In this document: positions 18,467 through 27,632 of the stretch, piece after piece
Layout: each line of letters opens with the position of its first letter
How positions within the stretch are numbered: the stretch's first letter is position 1
NCBI GenBank assembly: GCA_963786105.1
Contig: CAWAXX010000012.1
Span: 96,001 to 160,000, forward strand
DNA from: Vulcanimicrobiota bacterium
Lineage (GTDB): Bacteria > Vulcanimicrobiota > Vulcanimicrobiia > Vulcanimicrobiales > Vulcanimicrobiaceae
Reading direction: 5' to 3'
Length of the DNA stretch: 64,000 bases
Program-made: the position numbers and the translations under genes
The notes under the pieces: model-generated
What the model saw: only the letters and a program-made list of their open reading frames with translations
Told to the model about the DNA's origin: nothing
Database searches by the model: none

Positions 18467-19621
18467 TCAGCGCTCTTCCATCCATAGCAACAGCGCGCCG
18501 GCCGTCCCCATAATGATGTTCGGCAGCCATGCGGCGAGGAATGGATTGATTGCTCCGTTACGTCCGAAAGCGGCAGCGGCCGAAATCATGAGATAGTAGA
18601 CGAAAAACATGATGATCGCCAAAGCTATGCCCAGCGTGCGCCCGCGCTTGCCGAAACGCAGCGCCAGCGGCAAGGCCAACAAGATGCTGATGATACAGGC
18701 AAACGGCCAGGCTAGCTTGTTTGCGAGGTTGATCTGCAGGTTGCCCAGCGCCGTACCGCCGATTCCCTGTTCCTGCAACGCGTTGACTTGAACGCGCAAC
18801 GACTTACTGCTCATCGTCCACGGATCGTTATTTACGTTGCTCACGAACTGCGAGGCCGTTTCACCCAGCGGGAGGCCGATCGAGATATCGTTGACGTGCT
18901 GCTGACTGGTCATGAAGCCGTCGTTATTGAAACGCGTATCGATAACGTCGTGTAAGATCAGCGACGTTCCGCTGACGGTCGCTCGCTTCGCTTGCAGCGT
19001 CTCGTTCCACGGCCCGTATTTCGCGGGCTTGAAGATTTGTACGCCGACCATCGTCTTATTGTCCGGAGCGACTTGAGTGACGTAAAAGACGTTTCCAGTG
19101 TCTTGATCCTTACGGAAGAACTGCGGTTCGACCGGAAGCGACTCGGTGTGGTAGATGATTTGATAAAACGTGCGCGTCGACAGTTCGACCGACGGCGGCG
19201 CGATCCACTCGTTGGTAGCGTAGCAGATCAGGAACATTGCGACGCCGAAGGCCAACGGCGCGGCTGTGATGCGAAGTACCGGGATGCCCGCCGTACGCAT
19301 GGCCGTGATCTCGTTGTCTCCCATCACGCGGCCGACGGCAAGCAACGCGGCGAACAAACAGCCGAACGGAAACGCCATTGGGATTGCCTGGGGAATGCGA
19401 AAAATGACGAACCGCAGCACCAAGAAGAACGGTGCGTGCTGGTTGATGATGTAGTCCGCGGCCAGAAAGAAGATGTTGAGCGCCCAGAACAGCAGGAACG
19501 CACCGAATGCGAACATGAACGGGCCGAACATCTCTCGCAACATATAGCTGTCGAGAATCGGCAACCGAAACGCTGCCGCGCTGATTCGTGGGAGCGGTTG
19601 CCGGCGGGTGAGCGTCGCCAT
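18467..19621 (-). CDS. LptF/LptG family permease
   Basis: ILDSYMLREM, GDNEITAMRTAGI, NEWIAP, KLAWPF, PFLAAWLPN; 3+3 TM layout. Confidence 0.92.
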   Translation of the reverse strand: MATLTRRQPLPRISAAAFRLPILDSYMLREMFGPFMFAFGAFLLFWALNIFFLAADYIINQHAPFFLVLRFVIFRIPQAIPMAFPFGCLFAALLAVGRVMGDNEITAMRTAGIPVLRITAAPLAFGVAMFLICYATNEWIAPPSVELSTRTFYQIIYHTESLPVEPQFFRKDQDTGNVFYVTQVAPDNKTMVGVQIFKPAKYGPWNETLQAKRATVSGTSLILHDVIDTRFNNDGFMTSQQHVNDISIGLPLGETASQFVSNVNNDPWTMSSKSLRVQVNALQEQGIGGTALGNLQINLANKLAWPFACIISILLALPLALRFGKRGRTLGIALAIIMFFVYYLMISAAAAFGRNGAINPFLAAWLPNIIMGTAGALLLWMEER

Positions 19622-19632
19622 CGCGAACGGAA

Positions 19633-20106
19633 CTAGTAGCTTCGGTAAGCCGCCAGCACGCGCGTCACGTAGGCTCGCGTCTCCGGGTACGGCGGCACCC
19701 CGTGATAGCGGTCGACGGCACCCGGGCCAGCATTGTACGCCGCGACCGCGAGCCGCACGTCGTTATGGTACCGGACGAGCAGCGAATGGAGGTACGTGGT
19801 GCCGCACTCCACGTTTTGCGTCGGGTCGAACGGATTGGCGATCCCGCAACCCGACGACGTGCCGGGCATCAGTTGCATCAGGCCCTGGGCGCCGGCCGTG
19901 CTGATTGCCGACGGGTCGCCGGCGGACTCGGCCATGAGGACCGCGTGCACCAGGCCCTCGGGTACGCCGTTGTTATGCGACGCGTCGGAGACCAGCATAT
20001 GGATCTCGCCGGGTTGCAGGGCGTGTGCGGCATACGGCAGATAGCCCGCGCCGCTGCAGCCGTACAGCAGGCTCATGACGCCGAGAATCCCAAAAAGTCG
20101 CCGCAT
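19633..20106 (-). CDS. Lytic transglycosylase (SLT domain) lipoprotein
   Basis: LYGC lipobox; AES, GAQGLMQLMP, AVAAYNAGPGAV, PPYPETRAYV. Confidence 0.93.
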   Translation of the reverse strand: MRRLFGILGVMSLLYGCSGAGYLPYAAHALQPGEIHMLVSDASHNNGVPEGLVHAVLMAESAGDPSAISTAGAQGLMQLMPGTSSGCGIANPFDPTQNVECGTTYLHSLLVRYHNDVRLAVAAYNAGPGAVDRYHGVPPYPETRAYVTRVLAAYRSY

Positions 20107-20291
20107 CGTCCCTCAAAGTATCACGTTCGCCGATGACCCCGCGACGGGTCGCCGAAACTTTAACCGCGCTTTCTTCTAACCTTCCCGCCGGGCCTGGCGG
20201 TCCGGCCGGAGGAAGTCGAAGCAAGCAGGCAGCTCCCCAACCGCAACTTTCCGATGGCCGGGGCCTGGCCCGCTGCGCTACAGTGATACCC

Positions 20292-21173
20292 ATGTTAGAC
20301 CACGCACCCTGTTCGGTTCCTGAGCGGATTCAAGAAGTCTGCCGCTACATCGAGCGGCACAGCGACGAGCCGCTGACCCTCGACGACCTTGCGTCGCTGG
20401 CCGCGATGAGCCGCTTTCACTTTGCTCGCAGCTTCAAAGCCGTCGTCGGCGTCACGCCCAAGCAATATCTCGCTGAGACGCGCATGAAACGTCTCAAAGG
20501 CGCTCTGCAAGCGGCCAAGCCGATCGATGCGGCGGTCTACGATGCGGGTTACGGTTCGGCAAGCCGCGTGTACGAGCAGGCATCGACTCGTTTGGGAATG
20601 ACGCCTGCGCAGTATCGCGCGGCCGGCGCCGGCGTTTCGATCTCGTATACCTCGCTCGATACTCCCGTAGGATTGATGATGATCGGCGCGACCGACCGCG
20701 GCATCTGCTTCGTTCAATTCGGCGATACGACCGAGGCGTTGCGCAAAGCGCTGCGCCGCGAGTACTCCGGCGCAGACATCGAACCGATGAGCACGCCTTA
20801 CCATCCCGAATTTCGCCGCTGGGTCGACGCGGTGACCGGACATCTACTCGGCGAGCAGCCGCATTTGGACTTGCCGCTCGACATCCGCGCGACCGCGTTC
20901 CAAATGCGGGTCTGGCGCTACTTACAGTCCATCCCGTATGGCAACGTCGCGTCGTACGGGGAGGTTGCGGCGGCGATCGGCGAACCGGGAGCTGCCCGTG
21001 CGGTAGCGCGCGCCTGCGCGAGCAACGTCGTCGCACTCGTCGTCCCATGCCATCGCGTCATTCGCGGAACCGGAAAACTGGGCGGCTATCGCTGGGGGGT
21101 GGGTCGAAAGCGCGCGCTGATCGATCGCGAGCGGAGCCGGCGCGCTCAACCGGCGGCCCGGACGGTTGGTTAG
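20292..21173 (+). CDS. Ada-like AraC-HTH / O6-methylguanine-DNA methyltransferase lacking the N-terminal Zn domain
   Basis: MSRFHFARSFKAVVGVTPKQY, LGMTP..Y, TAFQMRVW, IPYG..SY, active site PCHRV. Start set at ATG 20292. Confidence 0.9.
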   Translation: MLDHAPCSVPERIQEVCRYIERHSDEPLTLDDLASLAAMSRFHFARSFKAVVGVTPKQYLAETRMKRLKGALQAAKPIDAAVYDAGYGSASRVYEQASTRLGMTPAQYRAAGAGVSISYTSLDTPVGLMMIGATDRGICFVQFGDTTEALRKALRREYSGADIEPMSTPYHPEFRRWVDAVTGHLLGEQPHLDLPLDIRATAFQMRVWRYLQSIPYGNVASYGEVAAAIGEPGAARAVARACASNVVALVVPCHRVIRGTGKLGGYRWGVGRKRALIDRERSRRAQPAARTVG

Positions 21174-21202
21174 AAATCGCCGACCGACGGTATAATCGCC
21201 CG

Positions 21203-21967
21203 GTGCTTAACGCGTGGGAACCCGGGGCCGGGCATTTTGCTCAACTCCACGGTTTGGACGATCGCGTGCTGGTTCGGGAGGCCGGCGACTTCCTCGCGTG
21301 CGGGCTGGAGTCGGGCGAAACCGCGATCGCAATTGCGACGCTCGAGCGTCGCAAGGCATTGCTCGCGGTCTTGGCCGGGAGAATCGATGCCGAAGGTTCG
21401 ATCGAAAATGGCGCGCTGCAACTCTTAGATGCCGAACAAACGCTCGATCGAATCGTCGTTCGCGGCTATCCCGACGCGCAACGCTTCGACGCCGTCATCG
21501 GCGACCGGCTTCGCGCGGCGCAGGCGCGCGGTACCGGCATCCGCGCCTATGGAGAAATGGTCGGCGTTCTTTGGAAAGCGGGACGCTTTCCAGCAGCCAT
21601 CCGGCTCGAACAACTCTGGAACGGGCTGCGGCGTCACGTTTCGTTTTCGCTCTACTGCGCCTATCCGATCGACGTCTTCGGCAGTGAATTCGACTCCGTT
21701 GCTGCGGACGCACTGTTGCGCGCGCACACGCAGTTCTTACCGGCCGAGGCGGGCGGCTCGCTCGAATGTGCGGTCGCCCGCGCAGCCGAAGAACTTCTCG
21801 GCTCTAGGCTCGCGGCGTTCCAGCACCATCCTCGCGGTCAAAACTCCACGCTCGGTGCGCTACCCGCCGGCGAGTCTATGATCTTGTGGCTGAAGGCGTG
21901 CTGCGCGGATCGTGCCGGCGAGATACTCGACCGAGCCCGGAAGTATTACTACGAAGGCTTCGCGTGA
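21203..21967 (+). CDS. Stand-alone MEDS-domain sensor protein
   Basis: HFAQ..., FLACGLESGE, IRAYGEMVGVLW, AAIRLEQLWN, LYCAYP. TATAAT 6 nt before GTG 21203. Confidence 0.85.
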   Translation: MLNAWEPGAGHFAQLHGLDDRVLVREAGDFLACGLESGETAIAIATLERRKALLAVLAGRIDAEGSIENGALQLLDAEQTLDRIVVRGYPDAQRFDAVIGDRLRAAQARGTGIRAYGEMVGVLWKAGRFPAAIRLEQLWNGLRRHVSFSLYCAYPIDVFGSEFDSVAADALLRAHTQFLPAEAGGSLECAVARAAEELLGSRLAAFQHHPRGQNSTLGALPAGESMILWLKACCADRAGEILDRARKYYYEGFA

Positions 21968-23550
21968 TCTTCAGCGATCGTACGCGTAAGCGGCAGCACC
22001 GCCCGTAACTCGGTTCCGTAGCCGGGCCGCGAGCGCAGCGTAATGCCGGCGGCCAGCGTGTGTACCAGAAAAATCCCGCGGCCGTTTTCACTCAAAGCGT
22101 CGTCCGGAAGTTTCCCCTCGAAGTATTCCAGACCGGGACCGGTGTCGCGGACGGTGAGAATCGGGCGTTCTCGCAGCCACTCGATTCGCACTTCGACCAA
22201 ACCGGGCGCGTGTTGAACGGTGTTTGCGAAGATTTCCCCAATGACGAGTTCGACCTCGAAGAAATTTTCGGTCGTCGACGCCATGCTGCGAAGATAGGCC
22301 ATGACTTCTCGGCGCGACGCCTGGGCCGTATGCGCGCTGCTGGAGTGAAATCTCCAGACCTTTTCGGGGGGAAGCGATTCGGCGTGCCGGTCTCCTAGTT
22401 GCACGGTGGAGAACTGCATCAAAAGAAGAGCCGCGTCGTCGCTGGGATGCATGTCGTCGAACACGAGCTCCTGAACGGCTCTTGCCGGTTGGGCGATACT
22501 CGTGTCGCCGACGAGGAGCGAAAGCGCGGTCGCGAGCTTTCCTTCGACGGTTTCCGCGTCGCGAGAAAACTCGGTCATTCCGTCGGTGTAGAGGGCGATC
22601 ACGGTGTCAGGGGCGATCGAAACCGTATGGGTCTTGGGATCGAGGTCGAAGCCGATCCCTAAGGGCGGATCGCCGAACGGCAGCGCTTGCGCAGGCTCGA
22701 GCCGGTTGCGAGCGATGAGCGGCGGTGGATGGCCGGCCACCGCGTACCGCATGGTCGAATGCGACGCATCGATGCAGCCGACGATCGCCGTTACCATCGT
22801 TCCCGGCTCTTGGTGGGTGAGAATGCGATCGGTTTCTTTGAGAATCGTACCGGGGTCGTCGCCGCGCCACGCGAGGGTGAAGATCGCTTGTCTGAGCCGC
22901 CCAACGGTGACTGAGGCTTCGAGGCCGTGGCCGGCGACGTCACCGATGGAGAAGATGAGGCGTCCGTCGGGTAGCTCGAATGCGTCGTACCAATCGCCGC
23001 CAATGAGCGCATCCTTTTCCGCCGGCAAATAGACGGCGTCGAGTCGCAGATCGGAGTATTGCGGCAGCGCCTTGGGGAGGAAGATCTCGTGCAGCGTCTC
23101 GGCGAAGCGTTTGCTTCGCTCCGCCGTAAATTTCTGAGCGTCGATATCGACGATGCTTCCGTACCAGCGCAACACGCTTCCCGCGCCGTCGCAAAAGGGT
23201 TCGGCACGCGCCAGAAACCAGTGAAAGGACCCGTCGTGCTTGCGTAAGCGAAACTCCATCTCGAACGGCTGGCCGGTGGCGATGGAGTGCGGCCACCTGC
23301 GCATGACCTCGAGAAAGTCGTCGGGATGGTGGGCGGCTTGCCATCCCCAGCCGGCGGCGTCTTCGGTGGTTTGGCCGGTGTATTCATACCACCGCCGGCT
23401 GTACCAGTCGACCCACCCTTCCGCGTCGGCGCTCCAGACGATGACGGGTACCGATTCCGCCAGCGCGCGCAGTTGGGCATCGGCTCTGACCCACGTTGGA
23501 TCCAGCGGCCCCGGTGGAGAAGCTATGTCGCGATACCTCCGACGTGCCAC
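21949..23550 (-). CDS. PAS - SpoIIE/RsbU PP2C phosphatase - HATPase (RsbW-like) fusion
   Basis: PAS (WYEYTG, HPDD, EFRLRKHDGSFHWF); PP2C (GGDWYD, GDVAGHG, AGHPPP, LYTDG, DDAA); HATPase (EIFANTVQHA, VRDTGPG, ENGRGIFLV). Confidence 0.92.
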   Translation of the reverse strand: MARRRYRDIASPPGPLDPTWVRADAQLRALAESVPVIVWSADAEGWVDWYSRRWYEYTGQTTEDAAGWGWQAAHHPDDFLEVMRRWPHSIATGQPFEMEFRLRKHDGSFHWFLARAEPFCDGAGSVLRWYGSIVDIDAQKFTAERSKRFAETLHEIFLPKALPQYSDLRLDAVYLPAEKDALIGGDWYDAFELPDGRLIFSIGDVAGHGLEASVTVGRLRQAIFTLAWRGDDPGTILKETDRILTHQEPGTMVTAIVGCIDASHSTMRYAVAGHPPPLIARNRLEPAQALPFGDPPLGIGFDLDPKTHTVSIAPDTVIALYTDGMTEFSRDAETVEGKLATALSLLVGDTSIAQPARAVQELVFDDMHPSDDAALLLMQFSTVQLGDRHAESLPPEKVWRFHSSSAHTAQASRREVMAYLRSMASTTENFFEVELVIGEIFANTVQHAPGLVEVRIEWLRERPILTVRDTGPGLEYFEGKLPDDALSENGRGIFLVHTLAAGITLRSRPGYGTELRAVLPLTRTIAEDHAKPS

Positions 23551-23633
23551 TCTAGTGTACCCCGGGCTCGGGGCGCTTAACGAGAGATTTCGTACCAGGA
23601 AACAATTGCTTGCTCGGGTACGTACCTGAGCGC

Positions 23634-25505
23634 ATGAACGCTATTCGTGCTCTCGGCGCGCTTTTTGCGTGCACCGGTGCCTTCGCAGCTTTTCCTCTCG
23701 CATCGCCGGCGGCCGCCCCCGACCGCGCCGCCCAAGTGCTGGCAGCATCGCGCGCCGCTTTAGGCGGGTCTGCATTCGAACGGGTTAAGACGCTCGAGCT
23801 TCGAGGAACCGTCAGTGTGGGCGGAATCTCCGGGACCGGCAGTTCGTGGCAAGAGGTCGGCGGGGTTCGTTTTTCGGAGTCGTACGATACGCCGCCGCTA
23901 GTGGGCGGTGACGGTTACGACGGAACCGACGTTTGGAACCGCGACGGCTCCGGTCTCGTGTGGGTGGACGGCGGTCAAGCGGGACGGGCCCAAGAGATCA
24001 GTCAGGCCTTCGCGAGCAACTACGCTCTCTGGGGGCAGGCTCGCGGCGGTGCCACGGTTACCTGGGACGGAGTAAAAACGGACGCGGGTCGCGAGTACGA
24101 CGTGCTGCGTGTGAACGCTCCGCACTCGGCCGTTCCTTTCGAGTTGTGGTTCGATCGCGGCACCCACCTGCCGGCGCGGTTCGTGCAAACGGTGGGTACG
24201 ACTACAACCACGACGACCTACTCGAAGTACCGCGCGTTCGAAGGCTTGATGATCCCCTACGCGGGCCACACTCAAAGCAGCGACGGAAACTCGAGCGACA
24301 CCACGGTTACTCAAGCCGTCGCCAACTCGCCCGATACTATGCGCCACCTCGCCAAGCCGGCATCCGACGTGCACGACTTCTCGATTGCCGGCGGAGCGTC
24401 GAGCACGAGCGTGCCGATCGACCTGGCGGACAACCACGTGTACCTCTCGGTGATGCTCAACGGCAAGGGCCCGTATCGTTTCATTTACGACACGGGTGGC
24501 GCGAACATCGTGGACGCGGCGGTCGCGCAAGAAATCGGCGCAAGCGGCCACGGATCGATCCAAGGCGGCGGCGTCGGGTCGACGACCGAGTCGGTCAGTT
24601 TTGCAAAAGTAGATTCGCTGCAGATCGGCGCCGCGACGATCAAGGATCAACTCTTCGGCGTCGCGCCGACGCGCATGGGCTTCGGTATGTCGAGTGGCCA
24701 GCCGGTCGACGGCCTCATCGGTTTCGAAGTGCTGTCGCGTTTCATCACGACCTTCGACTACGCTGCGCGCACCGTCGTGCTAGCGATGCCCGGCAGCGGT
24801 CCGCCGCCGCCCGCCGGCGCCGGCGTCCTCCCGTTCGTGCTCGACGGGCGCCAGCCACAGTTTGCGTGCGGCATCGACGGCATCGTCGCGCAATGCACGC
24901 TCGACACCGGAGCACGCGATTCGATTACGCTCATGGGGCCGTTCATCGCGGCGCATCCGCAGGTCGTCCCAGCCGCGATGAGTGCGGTCGGCGTGAACGG
25001 TTTTGGCTTCGGGGGTCCGGCGCTGGGCAAGCTTGGCCGCGTCGGGTCGGTCAGTTTCGGCGGCTTTACGTTATCGAACGTGGTCGGCGACTTCACGACG
25101 CAACAAAAAGGCGCCTTGGCAGAGCCGTTCGTGGCCGCCAACGTCGGCGGCAATATTTGGCGACGCTTCACGCTGACCCTCGACTACGGGAAGCAGACGA
25201 TGGCGCTGACGCCGAACGCGTCGTTCGGCCAAAACGACGTTTACGAACGCGCCGGACTCTTCTTGCTCAATCGCAGCGGCAAGTTCGTCGTACTCGATTC
25301 CCGACCGGGGACGCCCGCCGCTCGGGCCGGAATTCTGAGGGGCGATACGATCGCGACCATCGACGGCAAGCCCGTCGCCGGCATGAGTCTGCAGGCGGTG
25401 CGCGAGCTGATGTTCGCAGCTCCCGGCACGACGATCCAGCTGGGCGTGACGGGCAAAGACGGAGCGACGCGCAACGTCGTCCTCACGCTGCAAGACTTCG
25501 TGTAA
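23634..25505 (+). CDS. Secreted double-domain retropepsin-like aspartyl protease with C-terminal PDZ
   Basis: Signal peptide; FIYDTGG and CTLDTGA; DGLIGFE; PDZ (PGTPAARAGILRGDTIATIDG). Confidence 0.85.
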   Translation: MNAIRALGALFACTGAFAAFPLASPAAAPDRAAQVLAASRAALGGSAFERVKTLELRGTVSVGGISGTGSSWQEVGGVRFSESYDTPPLVGGDGYDGTDVWNRDGSGLVWVDGGQAGRAQEISQAFASNYALWGQARGGATVTWDGVKTDAGREYDVLRVNAPHSAVPFELWFDRGTHLPARFVQTVGTTTTTTTYSKYRAFEGLMIPYAGHTQSSDGNSSDTTVTQAVANSPDTMRHLAKPASDVHDFSIAGGASSTSVPIDLADNHVYLSVMLNGKGPYRFIYDTGGANIVDAAVAQEIGASGHGSIQGGGVGSTTESVSFAKVDSLQIGAATIKDQLFGVAPTRMGFGMSSGQPVDGLIGFEVLSRFITTFDYAARTVVLAMPGSGPPPPAGAGVLPFVLDGRQPQFACGIDGIVAQCTLDTGARDSITLMGPFIAAHPQVVPAAMSAVGVNGFGFGGPALGKLGRVGSVSFGGFTLSNVVGDFTTQQKGALAEPFVAANVGGNIWRRFTLTLDYGKQTMALTPNASFGQNDVYERAGLFLLNRSGKFVVLDSRPGTPAARAGILRGDTIATIDGKPVAGMSLQAVRELMFAAPGTTIQLGVTGKDGATRNVVLTLQDFV

Positions 25506-25520
25506 AGGCGACCGATCGAG

Positions 25521-26021
25521 CTACTTAAGAACCGTGATCGTTGGTGTGCCTACCGGGTTGGCGTTCGTCATCGGATCCCATAGGAGCCAAATCTTGCCGT
25601 ACGTGTCGCTCATTGCGGCGATGGTCTTCGCGGCTTGATCCGGCGTCATTCCGGGTAGCGTCGCATGCACTTTCGGGATCTCGACTTTATGGTAATGCCA
25701 TAGCGCTTGCTCGGCCGGCGTAAACGACGCGTATACCGTCGGCGCCACGATCGTTTCGACGGCGACCAGACGCGCGTCGGGAGCATCGCTATCGTAGATC
25801 TGGCACTCGGTCAAGCCGCCGGCAACGGGCTTGCACCAGTGATGGGCGATCTCCGTTGGGTGAGCGTCTCCGAAGTGCTGCTCGGCGTCGATGTGAATCG
25901 TCCAACCATCGCTTGGGATGCCGGCAGTTGCGGCGTCCGCGGCGCTCGAACGAAACCGTCCCAGGGTCGAACCGAGGACGAACGCGAGAATCACGGCAGC
26001 GACGAAGAAGTACTTCATCAT
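25521..26021 (-). CDS. DUF1264 (OBAP-like) secreted protein
   Basis: AHHWC, CQIYDSDAPDARLVAVE, LWHYHKVEI, TYGKIW; GGAGG SD before MMKYFF. Confidence 0.8.
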   Translation of the reverse strand: MMKYFFVAAVILAFVLGSTLGRFRSSAADAATAGIPSDGWTIHIDAEQHFGDAHPTEIAHHWCKPVAGGLTECQIYDSDAPDARLVAVETIVAPTVYASFTPAEQALWHYHKVEIPKVHATLPGMTPDQAAKTIAAMSDTYGKIWLLWDPMTNANPVGTPTITVLK

Positions 26022-26128
26022 GGGTCCACCTCCGCCACCAAACTTTCCGTTCGACTCTGCAGAGCTCCCCTTCATTTCGCCCGGAAAGGTTTATGCCGTC
26101 CCGTAACCCACTCGGCTTGCGCTTCCGG

Positions 26129-27460
26129 TCATGCGCGATCGTTTCGTAGCGTTTGGAAGCTCGCACGAACGTCTTCGCAAAAGAGTTGCGGCTGTTCCCA
26201 GGCGGCAAAATGCCCGCCGACGTCGTGCTTTTTGTAATAAACGAGCTTGGGATACGCCTTTTCCGCCCAGCTCCGCGGCGCGGTATAGAGCTCGTACGCA
26301 AACGCACTCACGCCGGTTGGAATCGTGACGCCTTTGACGTCGAAGAAGTCCAGCTTATTCTCCCAGTACAAGCGCGCCGAAGGCACTCCGGTATTGGTTA
26401 GCCAGTAGAGCGTGATGTTGTCGAGCACGTCGTCGCGCGAAAGCCCGCCGGGGTGTCCATCGAACGCCGGGGCGATCATCTCGTAACTGTCCTTGTCGTG
26501 ATCGAGCATCCAGGCCGCTAGGGCGACCGGTGAGTCGCTCAACGAGTAGAGCGTTTGCGGGCGATTCGACATCTCGACGGCATAGCCGAGATGATGGGCA
26601 TAAAAGTCGCTGAGTTGCTCGTAGGCGTGCAGTTCGTCGCCGGTCAGACCGGACGGCGGCTTGGCGCCGGATTTAGCCTGTGCCAAAATGTCGGCGGGTA
26701 CCGTCCCCGGCATGTTCGAGTGAATCGCCATCACCTGTGCCGGCGCGAGCAGGGCGAGCTCCTGCGTGACGGCGGCTCCCCAATCGCCGCCTTGCGCTAC
26801 AAATCGATCGTACCCAAGCCGTTTCATCAGCACGACCCAGGCACGTGCGATGCGCACGGGATCCCAGCCGATCGTGGTAGGTGCCGGCGAATAGCCGTGG
26901 CCCGGCATCGAGGGAATCACCAGATGGAACGCATCGGATGCGCTCGCGCCGTGGGCAGTTGGATCGGTGAGTGGGCCGATGATCTTCATCTGCTCGATGA
27001 TCGAGCCAGGCCACCCGTGGGTCACGATCAGCGGCAACGCATTTGCGTGCTTCGAACGAGCGTGGATGAAGTGAATGTCCTGCCCGTCGATCTCCGTGAT
27101 GAATTGCGGTGTCGCGTTAAGTTTCGCCTCGCACTTGCGCCAGTCGTAATCGGATCCCCAATAGCGCGCTAGCGCCTGAGCCGTCGCTAATTGCACGCCT
27201 TGCGTGTCGTCCGCGACCAACTCGCGCGACGGCCATCGCGTTGCGTTGATGCGCCGGCGCAAATCCGTAAGCTCCGATTCGGGAACGTGCTGCTGAGGAA
27301 ACGGACGAATCGCCGTCGTACCGCTGCCCGCCGGTTCAGCACTTTCAGTCATGCCGTTGGTCCTTTCTTGACATCCGAGAAGACCAAGGGGGATCGCAGC
27401 GACGGCTACCGCGGCAGCCGTGCAAAAGCGACGGCGATTGAGGCCGGGCGTCTTCGGCAT
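26129..27460 (-). CDS. Epoxide hydrolase (EHN + alpha/beta fold) with Tat/lipoprotein-like leader
   Basis: LRRRINATRWP, YDWR, HGWPGS, QGGDWG, GGHFAAWEQP. Leader NRRRF...LLGC; GGAGG SD at ATG 27460. Confidence 0.92.
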   Translation of the reverse strand: MPKTPGLNRRRFCTAAAVAVAAIPLGLLGCQERTNGMTESAEPAGSGTTAIRPFPQQHVPESELTDLRRRINATRWPSRELVADDTQGVQLATAQALARYWGSDYDWRKCEAKLNATPQFITEIDGQDIHFIHARSKHANALPLIVTHGWPGSIIEQMKIIGPLTDPTAHGASASDAFHLVIPSMPGHGYSPAPTTIGWDPVRIARAWVVLMKRLGYDRFVAQGGDWGAAVTQELALLAPAQVMAIHSNMPGTVPADILAQAKSGAKPPSGLTGDELHAYEQLSDFYAHHLGYAVEMSNRPQTLYSLSDSPVALAAWMLDHDKDSYEMIAPAFDGHPGGLSRDDVLDNITLYWLTNTGVPSARLYWENKLDFFDVKGVTIPTGVSAFAYELYTAPRSWAEKAYPKLVYYKKHDVGGHFAAWEQPQLFCEDVRASFQTLRNDRA

Positions 27461-27566
27461 GCGTATACCTCCCTCTGCTGCACGGTATCCTGCGCGGCCG
27501 CACCTGTCTAGTCGCTCGTGCCGGCGAGTCCGAACGTCCGCTTCACAATCGACGGTGCGAATGATG

Positions 27567-27580
27567 CGAACGAACGTTCG
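27567..27580. promoter_or_regulatory. Gram-positive-type LexA (Cheo) box candidate
   Basis: CGAACGAACGTTCG fits CGAACRNRYGTTCG; embedded in the 9-bp-arm palindrome ATGCGAACG-AA-CGTTCGCAT (27564-27583). Confidence 0.55.
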
Positions 27581-27603
27581 CATTGCAGTAATCGGGCTTT
27601 TGC

Positions 27604-27632
27604 TTGCGCTGATGTATGCCGGGGCGTATAGT
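27604..27632 (+). promoter_or_regulatory. Sigma70-type promoter of the mraZ/dcw operon
   Basis: TTGCGC-N17-TATAGT upstream of mraZ. Confidence 0.7.

Noticed and set aside
20160..20275. GGAGGAAG...GCAGGCAGC stretch vaguely like SRP RNA
   Set aside because: No GGAA tetraloop helix with the CAGG/AGCA internal loop could be formed.
23933..25528. Long alternative-frame and antisense ORFs (e.g. 23933-25528, 29090-30313, 31437-32642, 54526-55614)
   Set aside because: Expected stop-poor shadows of real genes in high-GC DNA; no recognisable motifs.
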